DNA of 54,934 nt from Gammaproteobacteria bacterium (GTDB lineage: Bacteria > Pseudomonadota > Gammaproteobacteria > SG8-11). Both the position numbers and the translations under genes were made by a program. Location: the NCBI GenBank assembly GCA_030610155.1, contig JAUWSG010000003.1, forward strand, positions 1 to 54,934. The letters are read 5' to 3'. Under the pieces are notes generated by a model. It had not been told where the DNA came from and searched no databases. It was given only the letters and a program-made list of their open reading frames with translations. Positions 33,513 to 42,607 of the stretch are shown here, one piece after another (position 1 is the stretch's first letter; the number at the start of each line of letters is the position of its first letter).

Positions 33513-34775
33513 TCACATTAACCAGGCCGTGGCCAGTCCTGCTATGGCCGCAGCCAACAATGGCGCCAGGACTCTTATTCCGAGGCCGGGGCCACCGACA
33601 AACATGGCTAGCCCTGCCTTAAGCAGTGTGTTCGAGGAAGAAGCAATTACGATGCCCATCACGGCGACGTCCAGGGACAGTTCAGCAATGCTCATTCTGG
33701 ACAGGGTCAGGTTAATGGGGTCAACATCGGCAATGCCTGATACAGCTGCAAGCATGTAAATGCCCGCATCACCGAAAAAATGTATCGCCGCTTTGCCCAG
33801 GAGGATCACCAGTACCAATAACGCCCCGAAAAACAGTGCTGGTTTCAACTCCAAAGGGTTGATCAAGTGAGCTAGCTCGCTGGGTGGGTGATCAATACTT
33901 TTATGCCAAATGACAGCCGCTGAAAAGAAAGTCAACAAGGTCATCACCGCCATAGGCGCAATTAAATAATTAAACAGCACCGGGTTGATCAGGCTTGCGA
34001 TCAATACAACGCGTGGGAACATCGTGCCACATGCCACCAGAATACCTGAGGCAAACAGGTTATTCATACCCTCCTGTTTTTGAGACAGGCGTGAGAAATG
34101 CAATGTTAAAGCAGTGGATGAAGCCATTCCTGCGGTCAGTGCAGTCAATATCACACCTTTTTCCGGTCCGGCGATTTTCATCGTGAAATAACCGATGAAC
34201 GAGATGCCCGCGATGAGGACAACCATCCACCAGATTTCATAAGGGTTTAATACCTGCCAGGGACCGTAACCGTGGTCAGGGAGGACGGGCAGTAACACAA
34301 CAGAGATTAGCAGCAGCTGCAAGGCCGCATGCAATTCTTTTCGCTCCAGCTTTCTTAACCAGCCGTGTAATACATCCTTGAATCGCAGCAACAAGGCGGT
34401 GACTACCGCGGCAGAAGCCGCGAGATTTACATGATCAAGTGTCGCCAACGCACCCAATACAAATGTGAGCAGTAACGAAACCAGGCCAGTGATGCTGACA
34501 TCTTCGCTGGTTTTGCGTCGCATAATATAGGCCACGGTTACTGCGGCAGTGAAACTCAGAAAGACCAATCCAAATGCTACCGCGCCAAGGTATTGTGAAA
34601 GTATGCCGGCACCGCCGCCCAAAAGTCCGGTGAGGCCGTAGGTACGCAGGCCCGCAATTCGCTCACCTTCTTTTGCCTCGCGGGACCTCCAGCCTCGTTC
34701 GACACCAATCAACAGACCGATGGCAAGCGCGATACCCAGCAGGATGATTTGTTCAGTATCAGCAAATTCGTTCAA
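33513..34775 (-). CDS. MgtC/SapB + DUF4010 integral membrane protein
   Basis: IGVERGW, AGLRTY, LNPYEIWWMVVLIAGISFIGY, SSTALT, SGIADVD. Confidence 0.9.
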   Translation of the reverse strand: MNEFADTEQIILLGIALAIGLLIGVERGWRSREAKEGERIAGLRTYGLTGLLGGGAGILSQYLGAVAFGLVFLSFTAAVTVAYIMRRKTSEDVSITGLVSLLLTFVLGALATLDHVNLAASAAVVTALLLRFKDVLHGWLRKLERKELHAALQLLLISVVLLPVLPDHGYGPWQVLNPYEIWWMVVLIAGISFIGYFTMKIAGPEKGVILTALTAGMASSTALTLHFSRLSQKQEGMNNLFASGILVACGTMFPRVVLIASLINPVLFNYLIAPMAVMTLLTFFSAAVIWHKSIDHPPSELAHLINPLELKPALFFGALLVLVILLGKAAIHFFGDAGIYMLAAVSGIADVDPINLTLSRMSIAELSLDVAVMGIVIASSSNTLLKAGLAMFVGGPGLGIRVLAPLLAAAIAGLATAWLM

Positions 34776-34941
34776 GACAGAGCTCCATTATTTTGAGTAG
34801 ATAAATCTGTTTTATGTGTGTTGCATTATGTATCATCTTGGCGCTGACTGAGATCATCTGCTCCTTTAAGTATAAGCTTGACCCTATTTCTATGCATGTT
34901 TAAAATATTGTACTCTGATCACAAACAGGCAGGAAGCATCT

Positions 34942-35520
34942 ATGAATAAGGTGAAATTTATCGGGTATATATTTTTACTGGCGAGCATCATGATGTTGTC
35001 TGCGTGTTCGGGTATCAGCATCAGTCAGGATTATGATCAGGCTTATGATTTTTCGACGCTGAAAACATTTGCCTGGAAGCCAAATGAAAATAATGAATAC
35101 GGCCTTAAAGACAATGACCTGGTTGATAAACGTATTCGAACGGCAATAGTTAACGCACTGTCGGCAAAACAATATACGCTCGTTGATTCTGGTACTCCGG
35201 ATTTTTATATTAGCTATTATGTTACAGTCGAGAAAAAAGTCAGTGCCAGTAATGTCAGTGGTGGTATTTCAATGGGGCGGGGTTCACGTGGTCGTTATGG
35301 CAGTGTTGGTATTAGTTCAGGCTCGCAGGCGTATGTTTATGATCAGGGAACGCTTTTAATTGATGTAACCGATACAGCTGACAATAAGTTAATCTGGCGT
35401 GGCGCCAGTTCACAGGAAGTTTCCGGAAAATCAGATCCGGAGAAGTCAACCAGGATGATTAATGAAACTGTTGAGAAGATTATGACGCAGTTTCCACCGG
35501 GTTTAAAAAAGACTAAATAA
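34942..35520 (+). CDS. DUF4136 family lipoprotein
   Basis: Lipobox LSAC, DYD..YDFSTLKTFAW, GTLLIDVTD...LIWRG, FPP. Confidence 0.88.
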   Translation: MNKVKFIGYIFLLASIMMLSACSGISISQDYDQAYDFSTLKTFAWKPNENNEYGLKDNDLVDKRIRTAIVNALSAKQYTLVDSGTPDFYISYYVTVEKKVSASNVSGGISMGRGSRGRYGSVGISSGSQAYVYDQGTLLIDVTDTADNKLIWRGASSQEVSGKSDPEKSTRMINETVEKIMTQFPPGLKKTK

Positions 35521-35532
35521 CACCTTGAAAAA

Positions 35533-35613
35533 TTTACCATGGGGGAGCGCGGGGAAAAACATTAATTTTTGTTTTTAAACTGGAAATCCTTCCCCCTATT
35601 CTTCGTGGTTAAA
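35533..35613. repeat. Degenerate palindromic element related to 30696-30771
   Basis: TTTACCATGGGGGAGCGCGGGGAAAA ... TTCCCCCTATTCTTCGTGGTTAAA. Confidence 0.45.
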
Positions 35614-35741
35614 CCTGCCTTAACCATGCCTGGAATCGCCATAGCTCAGCCAGGTCATACACCCATAAATTCTCCTCTTAACCAGGAATAAGGAGCGTCC
35701 GGTATTTACCGAACGCTCAATGTTTCTCAGTTGGCCGTTTT

Positions 35742-35999
35742 TTAGTAGGCGTAGGAAAATTCCAGTTCCCGTTCGAGTTGGCTTGAGTCGATGCTTTTCG
35801 TGACGGGCAGTCCGGTATAGTCGCTATGATTTTGATTGATGCTTGTTTGAGTGTCTTGTGCGGTGACATTTGTGGGTTGTGTTGCCTGTTTGACAGGAAT
35901 ACCCAGGTAATCATATGTTTCAAGGGGTTTGTTCATTGCCATTGAGGGCGATGTGAGCAGAACCGTGAGAATGCCGATAGCCGCAAGTTTGATTTTCAT
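35742..35999 (-). CDS. Small exported protein with duplicated DY.G.PV motif
   Basis: Signal peptide (SMA), strong RBS AAGGAG, DYLGIPV / DYTGLPV. Confidence 0.75.
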   Translation of the reverse strand: MKIKLAAIGILTVLLTSPSMAMNKPLETYDYLGIPVKQATQPTNVTAQDTQTSINQNHSDYTGLPVTKSIDSSQLERELEFSYAY

Positions 36000-36269
36000 T
36001 GTCTTCTCCTTAATTAATGAAATGCCATACGGATAACTGTTTCATAATTTTAAGACAGACAGATTTTGGAAAGGTTACATATTTTTTCATCCGTAGATGC
36101 GAACGGGAGGGGTTAAGCTCGGGGGATAAATACTGTTTATGTGATGCGCCGTGTTGATTGGCCAGGCACGGAAGTGTATTTAACTACGTCTATAAAGATG
36201 TTCTATGGGGTGTCGGCGACGTAACACTAATCGCCTGGTCATCGATTTAAATTTTCTTTAAAAGATACC

Positions 36270-36905
36270 TTAGGACTTGAAGCGGAATATTGGCAGGCTG
36301 ATATTGAAATATAGCGCCAGCAAACGGGCGGTAAAGATACTTGATCCGGCAATGGCCGCTGCCAGTGTAACGTCCATCTGTAGAAATAACAGGCCAATAA
36401 ACATCAATGAGCCACCCCATGACACGGTGGCATAGAGTGGGCTTTGAAACACGACGGGTGGCTCGTTGCATAATATATCCCGAAAAATACCGCCCATCGT
36501 ACCCGTCATGACACCCATGAAACTGGCAACCAGCCAGGGCGCACCCACCATCAGTGATACCAGTGTGCCGGCAATACCGAACGTTGCCAGGCCGGCAGCA
36601 TCAGGTATCAGGAAAAATTTGGGTGAGATCACTATCAGGCGCGCAGTGATAAAGATGACAATAGCGCTGCCAAGTGATGCAAAAAAGAATATCTGATCGC
36701 TAATCCAGAATACTTCTATATCCAGCAACACATCACGTAACGAGCCACCCCCCAGTCCTGTGGCAATCGCAATAATGATGACGCCAAACAGGTCAAACTG
36801 CTTGAACCCGGCCTTGAGGACCGCAGAGGCTGACGAAACAATCACCGCAAACAAGGTGATCCAGTACAGAATGTCCAGCAGGGCCGGGGTTGGGTTTAGA
36901 GTCAT
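36270..36905 (-). CDS. Trimeric intracellular cation channel (TRIC/UPF0126) family protein
   Basis: DLFGVII..ATGLGGGSLRDVLL and GTMGGIFRDILCNE internal repeats. Confidence 0.9.
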   Translation of the reverse strand: MTLNPTPALLDILYWITLFAVIVSSASAVLKAGFKQFDLFGVIIIAIATGLGGGSLRDVLLDIEVFWISDQIFFFASLGSAIVIFITARLIVISPKFFLIPDAAGLATFGIAGTLVSLMVGAPWLVASFMGVMTGTMGGIFRDILCNEPPVVFQSPLYATVSWGGSLMFIGLLFLQMDVTLAAAIAGSSIFTARLLALYFNISLPIFRFKS

Positions 36906-36939
36906 GTGAATCGCTTTTTCAGGTTTATCCAGATGCTCG

Positions 36940-38709
36940 TTACTTTAGTTGTGCAAAATATTTTGCGATGGCCTTCTGTTCCAGTGGGCTTAAGCTGGCT
37001 GACATCGCGTGCATGGTCGTTTGTTTGCGGGTTTCATCACTGTATTGTTTTAATGCGCTAAAAAGATAAGATTCCAATTGACCGGCAAGACGAGGTATTT
37101 TGTTGTCGGTGCTAATTCCATTGTCGCCGTGGCAACGATAACATTTTTCTGCCAGTACTTCGGGCGCTTCCGGAATGCGTATTTCGGGTTTGATGCGGGT
37201 TTGTTTGGCAAAATAGGCCGCATAGTTCTTTATGTCCGCATTGCTTAATTCAGTCACGGCTTTTTGCATATTTTCATCTTCGCGTTTGCCGCCCTTATAA
37301 TCATTCATGGCCGAGACGATGTACCCGGGTTCCTGGCCGGCGATGGAAGGAGTGTTGGCTTGACTGCTATTGCCCAGATCACCATGGCAGGCAGTACAGG
37401 CGCTGGCATTGGATTCACCTGCGGCGGCGTCAGCTTTCAGGGTGTTGGGCATGGCGGTTGGTTCTTGTGAGGCATAATAAAGGCTGACCTTTTCCACGTC
37501 TGTTTCGCTCAGGCTTGTAACAAAGCTTTTCATCATCTCGTGTTTGCGTTGCCCGCTTTTATAGGCGTTAATGGCTGCCGCGAGATATTGTGGGTTGAGC
37601 CCTGCTAAACCGGGTGTGCCGGGTAGCGTGCTATTGCCATTTTTACCATGACAGCCGTTGCAGGCCGCGGCAATGCTGCCACCCTGTCCGATGGGATCAA
37701 ACCCTTTGCTCTGACTGGTCTTGCCGGAGCTTATCTTTTTGGGTGTTTGTTTGGCGTAATGCGCGGCGAGATTCACTATTTGGCTGCTTTTTAAGGTCGC
37801 CACCGCATCGTTCATCATTTTATTTTTTCGCGAACGTTTTTTGTAGGCATTGAGGGCCTTAACCAGGTATTCGGCGTTATGTCCGGTCAAGCTGGGAATG
37901 CTTGTGCTTCCACTGTTACCGTTCATGCCGTGACAACTATCGCATGCTTTAGTGCCGAGTTTCTTGCCAGCATTGGCGTTACCTTTGGCGGGGTGCAGGG
38001 ATTTTTTGGGGGTTTGCGTAGAAAAATATGCCGCCAGGTGATCTATGTCGCTTTTGCTTACGGAGTGCTTGAAATTTTTCATTATGACCTTTTGTTCACG
38101 GCGGCCCCCTTTGAAATAATCCAGAACTGCGGATCTGAAATACTCAGGAGGTAATCCCGCCAACGCGGGGACACCATCTTTAGGTGCATTGCCATTTTCG
38201 CCGTGACAACCGATGCATTCCCGGGCTGTCTTTTTACCCTTCGCAATAGTCCTTTTGTTCACGACGATGGCCCTGGTTTTTTTGACTTCTTTAAGCTGTT
38301 TCCAGTCCGCGGTCTGGGCATTATAAAAAGACGCAAGGTTTAGCATGTCTGTTTCCGTAAGGGATTGTAAGGCATTACTCATGTCCTCATGTTTGCGTTC
38401 GCCGCTGATGTAGAACAACATAGCCGATAGCATATAGTCGGTTTGCTGGCCGGCAAGATAAGGGCTGCCCTCTACGGTTTTATTACCATCGTCACCATGA
38501 CATTCCACGCACTTTTGCGCCAGTTGCATGCCGGTTTCTTTGTCGCCAACAGGTGTTTGCGGTGCAGTTTCCGGGGAAGGTTCCTGGTCTTTCTCTGTGG
38601 TAGTAGCTGTCGCTGTGTCAGGGGTGGGAGTTTCCATTTCCGGGTCTTTGTCGCATGCACTGATAAAAAATACGGCTAGCGTGCAAACAAGTAAAATACG
38701 ACGCGTCAT
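36940..38709 (-). CDS. Six-heme cytochrome c4/c553-type lipoprotein
   Basis: CVECH, CIGCH, CDSCH, CNGCH, CTACH, CYRCH, each followed by P.(L/I)(A/T)G and a distal Met; lipobox ISAC; ATG 38709 with RBS GGAG. Confidence 0.9.
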   Translation of the reverse strand: MTRRILLVCTLAVFFISACDKDPEMETPTPDTATATTTEKDQEPSPETAPQTPVGDKETGMQLAQKCVECHGDDGNKTVEGSPYLAGQQTDYMLSAMLFYISGERKHEDMSNALQSLTETDMLNLASFYNAQTADWKQLKEVKKTRAIVVNKRTIAKGKKTARECIGCHGENGNAPKDGVPALAGLPPEYFRSAVLDYFKGGRREQKVIMKNFKHSVSKSDIDHLAAYFSTQTPKKSLHPAKGNANAGKKLGTKACDSCHGMNGNSGSTSIPSLTGHNAEYLVKALNAYKKRSRKNKMMNDAVATLKSSQIVNLAAHYAKQTPKKISSGKTSQSKGFDPIGQGGSIAAACNGCHGKNGNSTLPGTPGLAGLNPQYLAAAINAYKSGQRKHEMMKSFVTSLSETDVEKVSLYYASQEPTAMPNTLKADAAAGESNASACTACHGDLGNSSQANTPSIAGQEPGYIVSAMNDYKGGKREDENMQKAVTELSNADIKNYAAYFAKQTRIKPEIRIPEAPEVLAEKCYRCHGDNGISTDNKIPRLAGQLESYLFSALKQYSDETRKQTTMHAMSASLSPLEQKAIAKYFAQLK

Positions 38710-39075
38710 GATGTTGGTTCTCCTGTTTATGCTTCGACCTTTTAACGAATTGTTCATTTAGACTAGTTGAATTCAAGTGCCGGGCTGTGGTTTTCGTTTT
38801 TTAAATTTTTAATGCGTGACTTAGCGAGTTTGATAGATGAAGGAGGCAAGTTGATTTTCAAATGTATAGTAACCTATCTGTTTTCTAAAATCATAAGGGC
38901 TGACCTGCTGTTGTCCTGGTCACGAGGGCTGCGTAAAAAAGCATTTGTTATTTAAACCGGTCTTCTTTGCGACCCCTGCGCTGTAAATATTTCAATAAGA
39001 TAACCCTCGTATTTTCATGGTTAAACAGTTTTGCATTAGTTCGAATTTTGCCCCGGAAAAAAATGTAAAAAAGAC

Positions 39076-39104
39076 TAGACAGACTTGTCTGTATGGCCTA
39101 GTAT
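39076..39104 (+). promoter_or_regulatory. tetR promoter overlapped by operator ACAGAC-TT-GTCTGT
   Basis: -35 TAGACA (39076-39081), 17 nt, -10 TAGTAT (39099-39104); palindrome 39079-39092. Confidence 0.7.
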
Positions 39105-39111
39105 TTACTCT

Positions 39112-39708
39112 ATGAACAAACAAGCGACAGTACCAAAGGGCTCGGCCCGCGAGAGAATTATGCAGGTTGCATCTGTACTGTTCTATCAGCAGGGCTATCG
39201 AGCTACTGGTATAAATGAGGTTATACAAAAATCGGGTGTGGCCAAGGCTACATTTTATAGCCATTTTCCGAGTAAGGATGACCTTGGAATGGTCTATCTG
39301 GAGGAAGTGCATAAAAATGAATTGCTCGTACTGGATAAAGCGCTCCATGCTGCTAAAGGCCCGGTAAATAGATTTTTATCCGTTATTGCCTCGCTGGAGC
39401 CATGGTTAATAGAGACCCGGTTTCGAGGTTGTCCCTATTTGAATATGGCCTCGGAGATCCCTGATCCGCGGAGCCCATTAAGAAAGGAAGGCACCAGGCT
39501 CTATAATGGTATTCGTTCAAGGATAGAAAAATTGACTATTGAACTGATTAGCGCTGATTCGAAGAAATACGGGCATCTCGATGCCAGCGATATAATCAAC
39601 AACTATATGTTGTTATTCAGTGGAGCGATTTCACTGGCTGAACTCTACAATGCAATTTGGCCTGTTGAGCATGCGTTAGTGACCTTGCGACGTTTGATAG
39701 GAGAATAA
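39112..39708 (+). CDS. TetR/AcrR family regulator (NemR/LmrA-like, RGCP motif)
   Basis: FYQQGYRATGINEVIQKSGVAKATFYSHFPSKDDL HTH; FRGCPYLNMASE. Confidence 0.92.
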   Translation: MNKQATVPKGSARERIMQVASVLFYQQGYRATGINEVIQKSGVAKATFYSHFPSKDDLGMVYLEEVHKNELLVLDKALHAAKGPVNRFLSVIASLEPWLIETRFRGCPYLNMASEIPDPRSPLRKEGTRLYNGIRSRIEKLTIELISADSKKYGHLDASDIINNYMLLFSGAISLAELYNAIWPVEHALVTLRRLIGE

Positions 39709-39735
39709 TCGGGCAAATTTTTTTGCCTCTATAAC

Positions 39736-39753
39736 AGACAGACTGGTCTGTCT
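39736..39753. promoter_or_regulatory. Second TetR operator AGACAGAC-TG-GTCTGTCT
   Basis: Perfect 8-bp inverted repeat upstream of the diiron gene, matching the site in the tetR promoter. Confidence 0.78.
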
Positions 39754-39778
39754 TTTTGGTAAACATGAAAGGAGAAAA

Positions 39779-40717
39779 ATGATGACGCAACAACAGACTT
39801 TTGCAGTAGACACAAATCGTTACGCCAGATGTATTGCGGTATCCAAACGTATTCGTTGGGATATTGATGAAGATGTGATTCGCGGGCGCAGATTTGATTT
39901 CGATAAGAAGTTCCTGCCCGATGGTTTGTCCAAAGTGAACGAAATTGATTTTCTTGGCGACAGTGAAAAACGTTTCCTGAGCCAAATTCAGGGACGCACT
40001 TATGCCAATATTTTTGGTCTCGTTGAACGTTTCATTTGCGCCAAAGTACTTGAAGTTAGCCAGGAGCATTTTTTAGGAGATCAGGTTGCGCTGGAGGCGT
40101 TGATTCGGTTTAGCGATGAGGAACTCAAGCATCAGGAACTTTTCCGTCGTCTGGAACATATGGCCGGTGAACAGATGCCGGAAGGTTATCAATTTGTTCC
40201 GCAGCCTAATGAAGTGGCAAGGGCAGTCCTGGGTAAGTCGTCCTGGGCAGTATTGGGGCTGACGCTGCATATCGAGTTGTTTACACAGTTGCATTACAAG
40301 CAAAGCATTGAGGCTGACAGTGATCTCTCCGAACTTTGGAAGGACGTGTTTCTTTATCATTGGCGGGAAGAATCACAGCACGCAATTATGGACGAGCTTG
40401 AATGGCAGCGTGAAGATGAAAAGCTCTCTGCTGATGAACGTGACCAGGCAGTAACGGACCTTATTGATTTAGTGGCTGCAATAGATGGGATCCTGCAGTT
40501 GCAGGCTAAACACGATGCGGAATACTTTGTTAGTAATGGTGGTCGTGCTTTCACCACTGATGAGATGGAAACAATTCATCAAAAGGTCCTTGAGGCATAT
40601 CGTTGGCAATACATCATCTCTGGTGTGCAGGCGCCACGTTTTAGCGAAGTGTTGTCGAGATTTATTTCAACTGACCAGGGTAAACGTATATCGGAAGCGT
40701 TGGCTACTTTCGTATAA
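39779..40717 (+). CDS. Ferritin-like diiron protein (AurF/diiron oxygenase-like)
   Basis: GLVE, DEELKH, HIE, HWREESQH: two E...ExxH ligand sets. Confidence 0.78.
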   Translation: MMTQQQTFAVDTNRYARCIAVSKRIRWDIDEDVIRGRRFDFDKKFLPDGLSKVNEIDFLGDSEKRFLSQIQGRTYANIFGLVERFICAKVLEVSQEHFLGDQVALEALIRFSDEELKHQELFRRLEHMAGEQMPEGYQFVPQPNEVARAVLGKSSWAVLGLTLHIELFTQLHYKQSIEADSDLSELWKDVFLYHWREESQHAIMDELEWQREDEKLSADERDQAVTDLIDLVAAIDGILQLQAKHDAEYFVSNGGRAFTTDEMETIHQKVLEAYRWQYIISGVQAPRFSEVLSRFISTDQGKRISEALATFV

Positions 40718-40743
40718 ATCTGATTTTAAAAAGGAGAAACATT

Positions 40744-41559
40744 ATGGCTATAGTCTGTCCCAGTAATTTTGATAAAGGGTTTCTTCGGGAGCAGGTGCGT
40801 GCAACCTATGAAGAGGTTGCGCGGAATCCCGAGGGTGATTTTCATTTCCATCGAGGATCTGATTATGCTGCACAATATCTTGATTATGATTTTAATGAAC
40901 TTAAACAATTACCCCATTCTGCTACCGCACGGTTTGCAGGCGTTGGTAATCCGATCCAAATTGGCGATGTGGATCCAACTCTGGGTGCGATCCGTCCAGG
41001 CCAGGTTGTTGTGGACCATGCTTGCGGTGCTGGTATGGATCTGATGCTCGCAGCCCGACGTGTAGGTAAAACAGGTAAGGCTATTGGGGTCGATATGACG
41101 CCAGGAATGTGCGAGGCAGCAAGAATGGCCATTGAGCAGGCTGGGTTGAGCGATGTTATGGAAATACGCGAAGGGATGTTTGAAGCGCTGCCGGTTGAGG
41201 ACAACAGTGTAGACGTGGTGATTTCAAATGGTGTGGTCAATCTCGCTACGGACAAGAAGCGTGTTTTTCAGGAGATATATCGTGTGCTTAAACCAGGTGG
41301 CCATTTATTTTTGGCTGATGTCGTTGTGCAACGGGAATTAACCCTGGATGCGCGCAGTAACCCGGTGTTATGGGCCGCCTGTGTCGGTGGTGCGTTAGTT
41401 GAGTCCGAGCTTACTAAATTGGCAGAGGAAACCGGCTTGCAAAATGGTGAGGTGGTGAAACGCTTTAACTGTTTTTACAACACTGCAGCAGAGGCCAAGG
41501 TAGCTAAAGACCTGTTTGTGCATGCTGTAAATTTCAAGGCAAGCAAGCCAGTTAACTGA
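40744..41559 (+). CDS. Class I SAM methyltransferase, ArsM-like but non-canonical
   Basis: VDHACGAGMD, GVDMTPGM, VDVVISNGVVNL, RVLKPGG, WAACVGGA. Confidence 0.85.
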   Translation: MAIVCPSNFDKGFLREQVRATYEEVARNPEGDFHFHRGSDYAAQYLDYDFNELKQLPHSATARFAGVGNPIQIGDVDPTLGAIRPGQVVVDHACGAGMDLMLAARRVGKTGKAIGVDMTPGMCEAARMAIEQAGLSDVMEIREGMFEALPVEDNSVDVVISNGVVNLATDKKRVFQEIYRVLKPGGHLFLADVVVQRELTLDARSNPVLWAACVGGALVESELTKLAEETGLQNGEVVKRFNCFYNTAAEAKVAKDLFVHAVNFKASKPVN

Positions 41560-41617
41560 TGCGATGTGCAGGTGTTTTGTTGAAATTAACTATTAAATAT
41601 TTTTGAGGAGATTAATA

Positions 41618-41851
41618 ATGAAAACGAATATAGTTGATGTGTTTATTTACATTCAGTCAAAAGGTATTCCGGAAGTCGTTTCAAGTCTGGCTGATCATAT
41701 AAGTCAGGTTGCAGGTGTTGCCAAAGTCAGGCCACATCCGGATGTGAGGCAACTTATCGTTGTTGAATATGATCTGGAGCAGACCTCCGGGAAAAAGCTT
41801 ATAGATATTATAAAGCAGAATGGGTGTTCAGGCTTTTTGGTTGGAATGTGA
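41618..41851 (+). CDS. Small HMA/ferredoxin-fold protein lacking CxxC
   Basis: GVAKV...LIVVEYD...G pattern; RBS GAGGAG. Confidence 0.7.
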   Translation: MKTNIVDVFIYIQSKGIPEVVSSLADHISQVAGVAKVRPHPDVRQLIVVEYDLEQTSGKKLIDIIKQNGCSGFLVGM

Positions 41852-41866
41852 TATGTGGTACTTATG

Positions 41867-41894
41867 AAAAGGGGGTCCTGAATTTCCCCCTTTT
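41867..41894. terminator. Bidirectional terminator-like hairpin (also contains GGGGTC)
   Basis: AAAAGGGGG-tcctgaattt-CCCCCTTTT between convergent genes. Confidence 0.7.
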
Positions 41895-41987
41895 ATTAAA
41901 AATCGTGTTTTAAATATTTCCCTTGCGATGTTGCTCTGTCTTCTACATTACTCTGTGGTCAGATTTCGAAGTGTTTATTATGTGGTT

Positions 41988-42602
41988 TTACATGCCGTTG
42001 GAAAACTTTTTATGGTGAACCTGCGTGTTCTCTCTCATCGTTTTTAAAGCTGTTCCGTATCCAATCAATATGTCCAGGCACCAATCAAGCCTGTCTTTAT
42101 AGAAAGTATCGGATCTTTGATCATTGTCTTGTGGGTTTTCATTAAACACTTTCTCTACATCTCTAATGATTAAATGTTCAGGGATGTAACATAGCCGGTT
42201 ATTTTTATAACTGCTCATGCGTAACTCCGCGACTGGATACGCGCCGCCAGCAGCAGAAGAAACCGCAACGATTAAAGCCGGCTTATGGCCCAGTTCAAAC
42301 CGACTAAACATGAGAAAGAAATTTTTTAGCCCGGCAGGGACTTGCCCATGCCATTCGGGAGAAATAATGACAAACGCATCACTGTTTGCAAGCTGTTCTT
42401 TTAAAGGCGCAAGTCGCTCAATCCATTTTTCATCGGATTCCCAGATAGATTGGTCCCAAAGGGGCAGGGGATTATCCGCCAGTAAATACAAAAAGGGATC
42501 TATGTCAGTATGTTTTTCCTGTAAAAGGGTGTTTATATAGCGTCCGATTTTTTCACTCTGGGAAGGGTTGCGGTGACTGCCGCTTATAATAGTGATCTTC
42601 AT
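41988..42602 (-). CDS. NADPH-dependent FMN reductase family flavoprotein
   Basis: IISGSHRNPSQS, SPEWHGQVPAGLKNF, HKPALIVAVS..GG. Confidence 0.88.
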   Translation of the reverse strand: MKITIISGSHRNPSQSEKIGRYINTLLQEKHTDIDPFLYLLADNPLPLWDQSIWESDEKWIERLAPLKEQLANSDAFVIISPEWHGQVPAGLKNFFLMFSRFELGHKPALIVAVSSAAGGAYPVAELRMSSYKNNRLCYIPEHLIIRDVEKVFNENPQDNDQRSDTFYKDRLDWCLDILIGYGTALKTMRENTQVHHKKFSNGM

Positions 42603-42607
42603 AAAGA

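Noticed and set aside
40744-41559. Calling the methyltransferase arsM
   Set aside because: Key arsenic-binding cysteines are replaced and no ars resistance genes are adjacent
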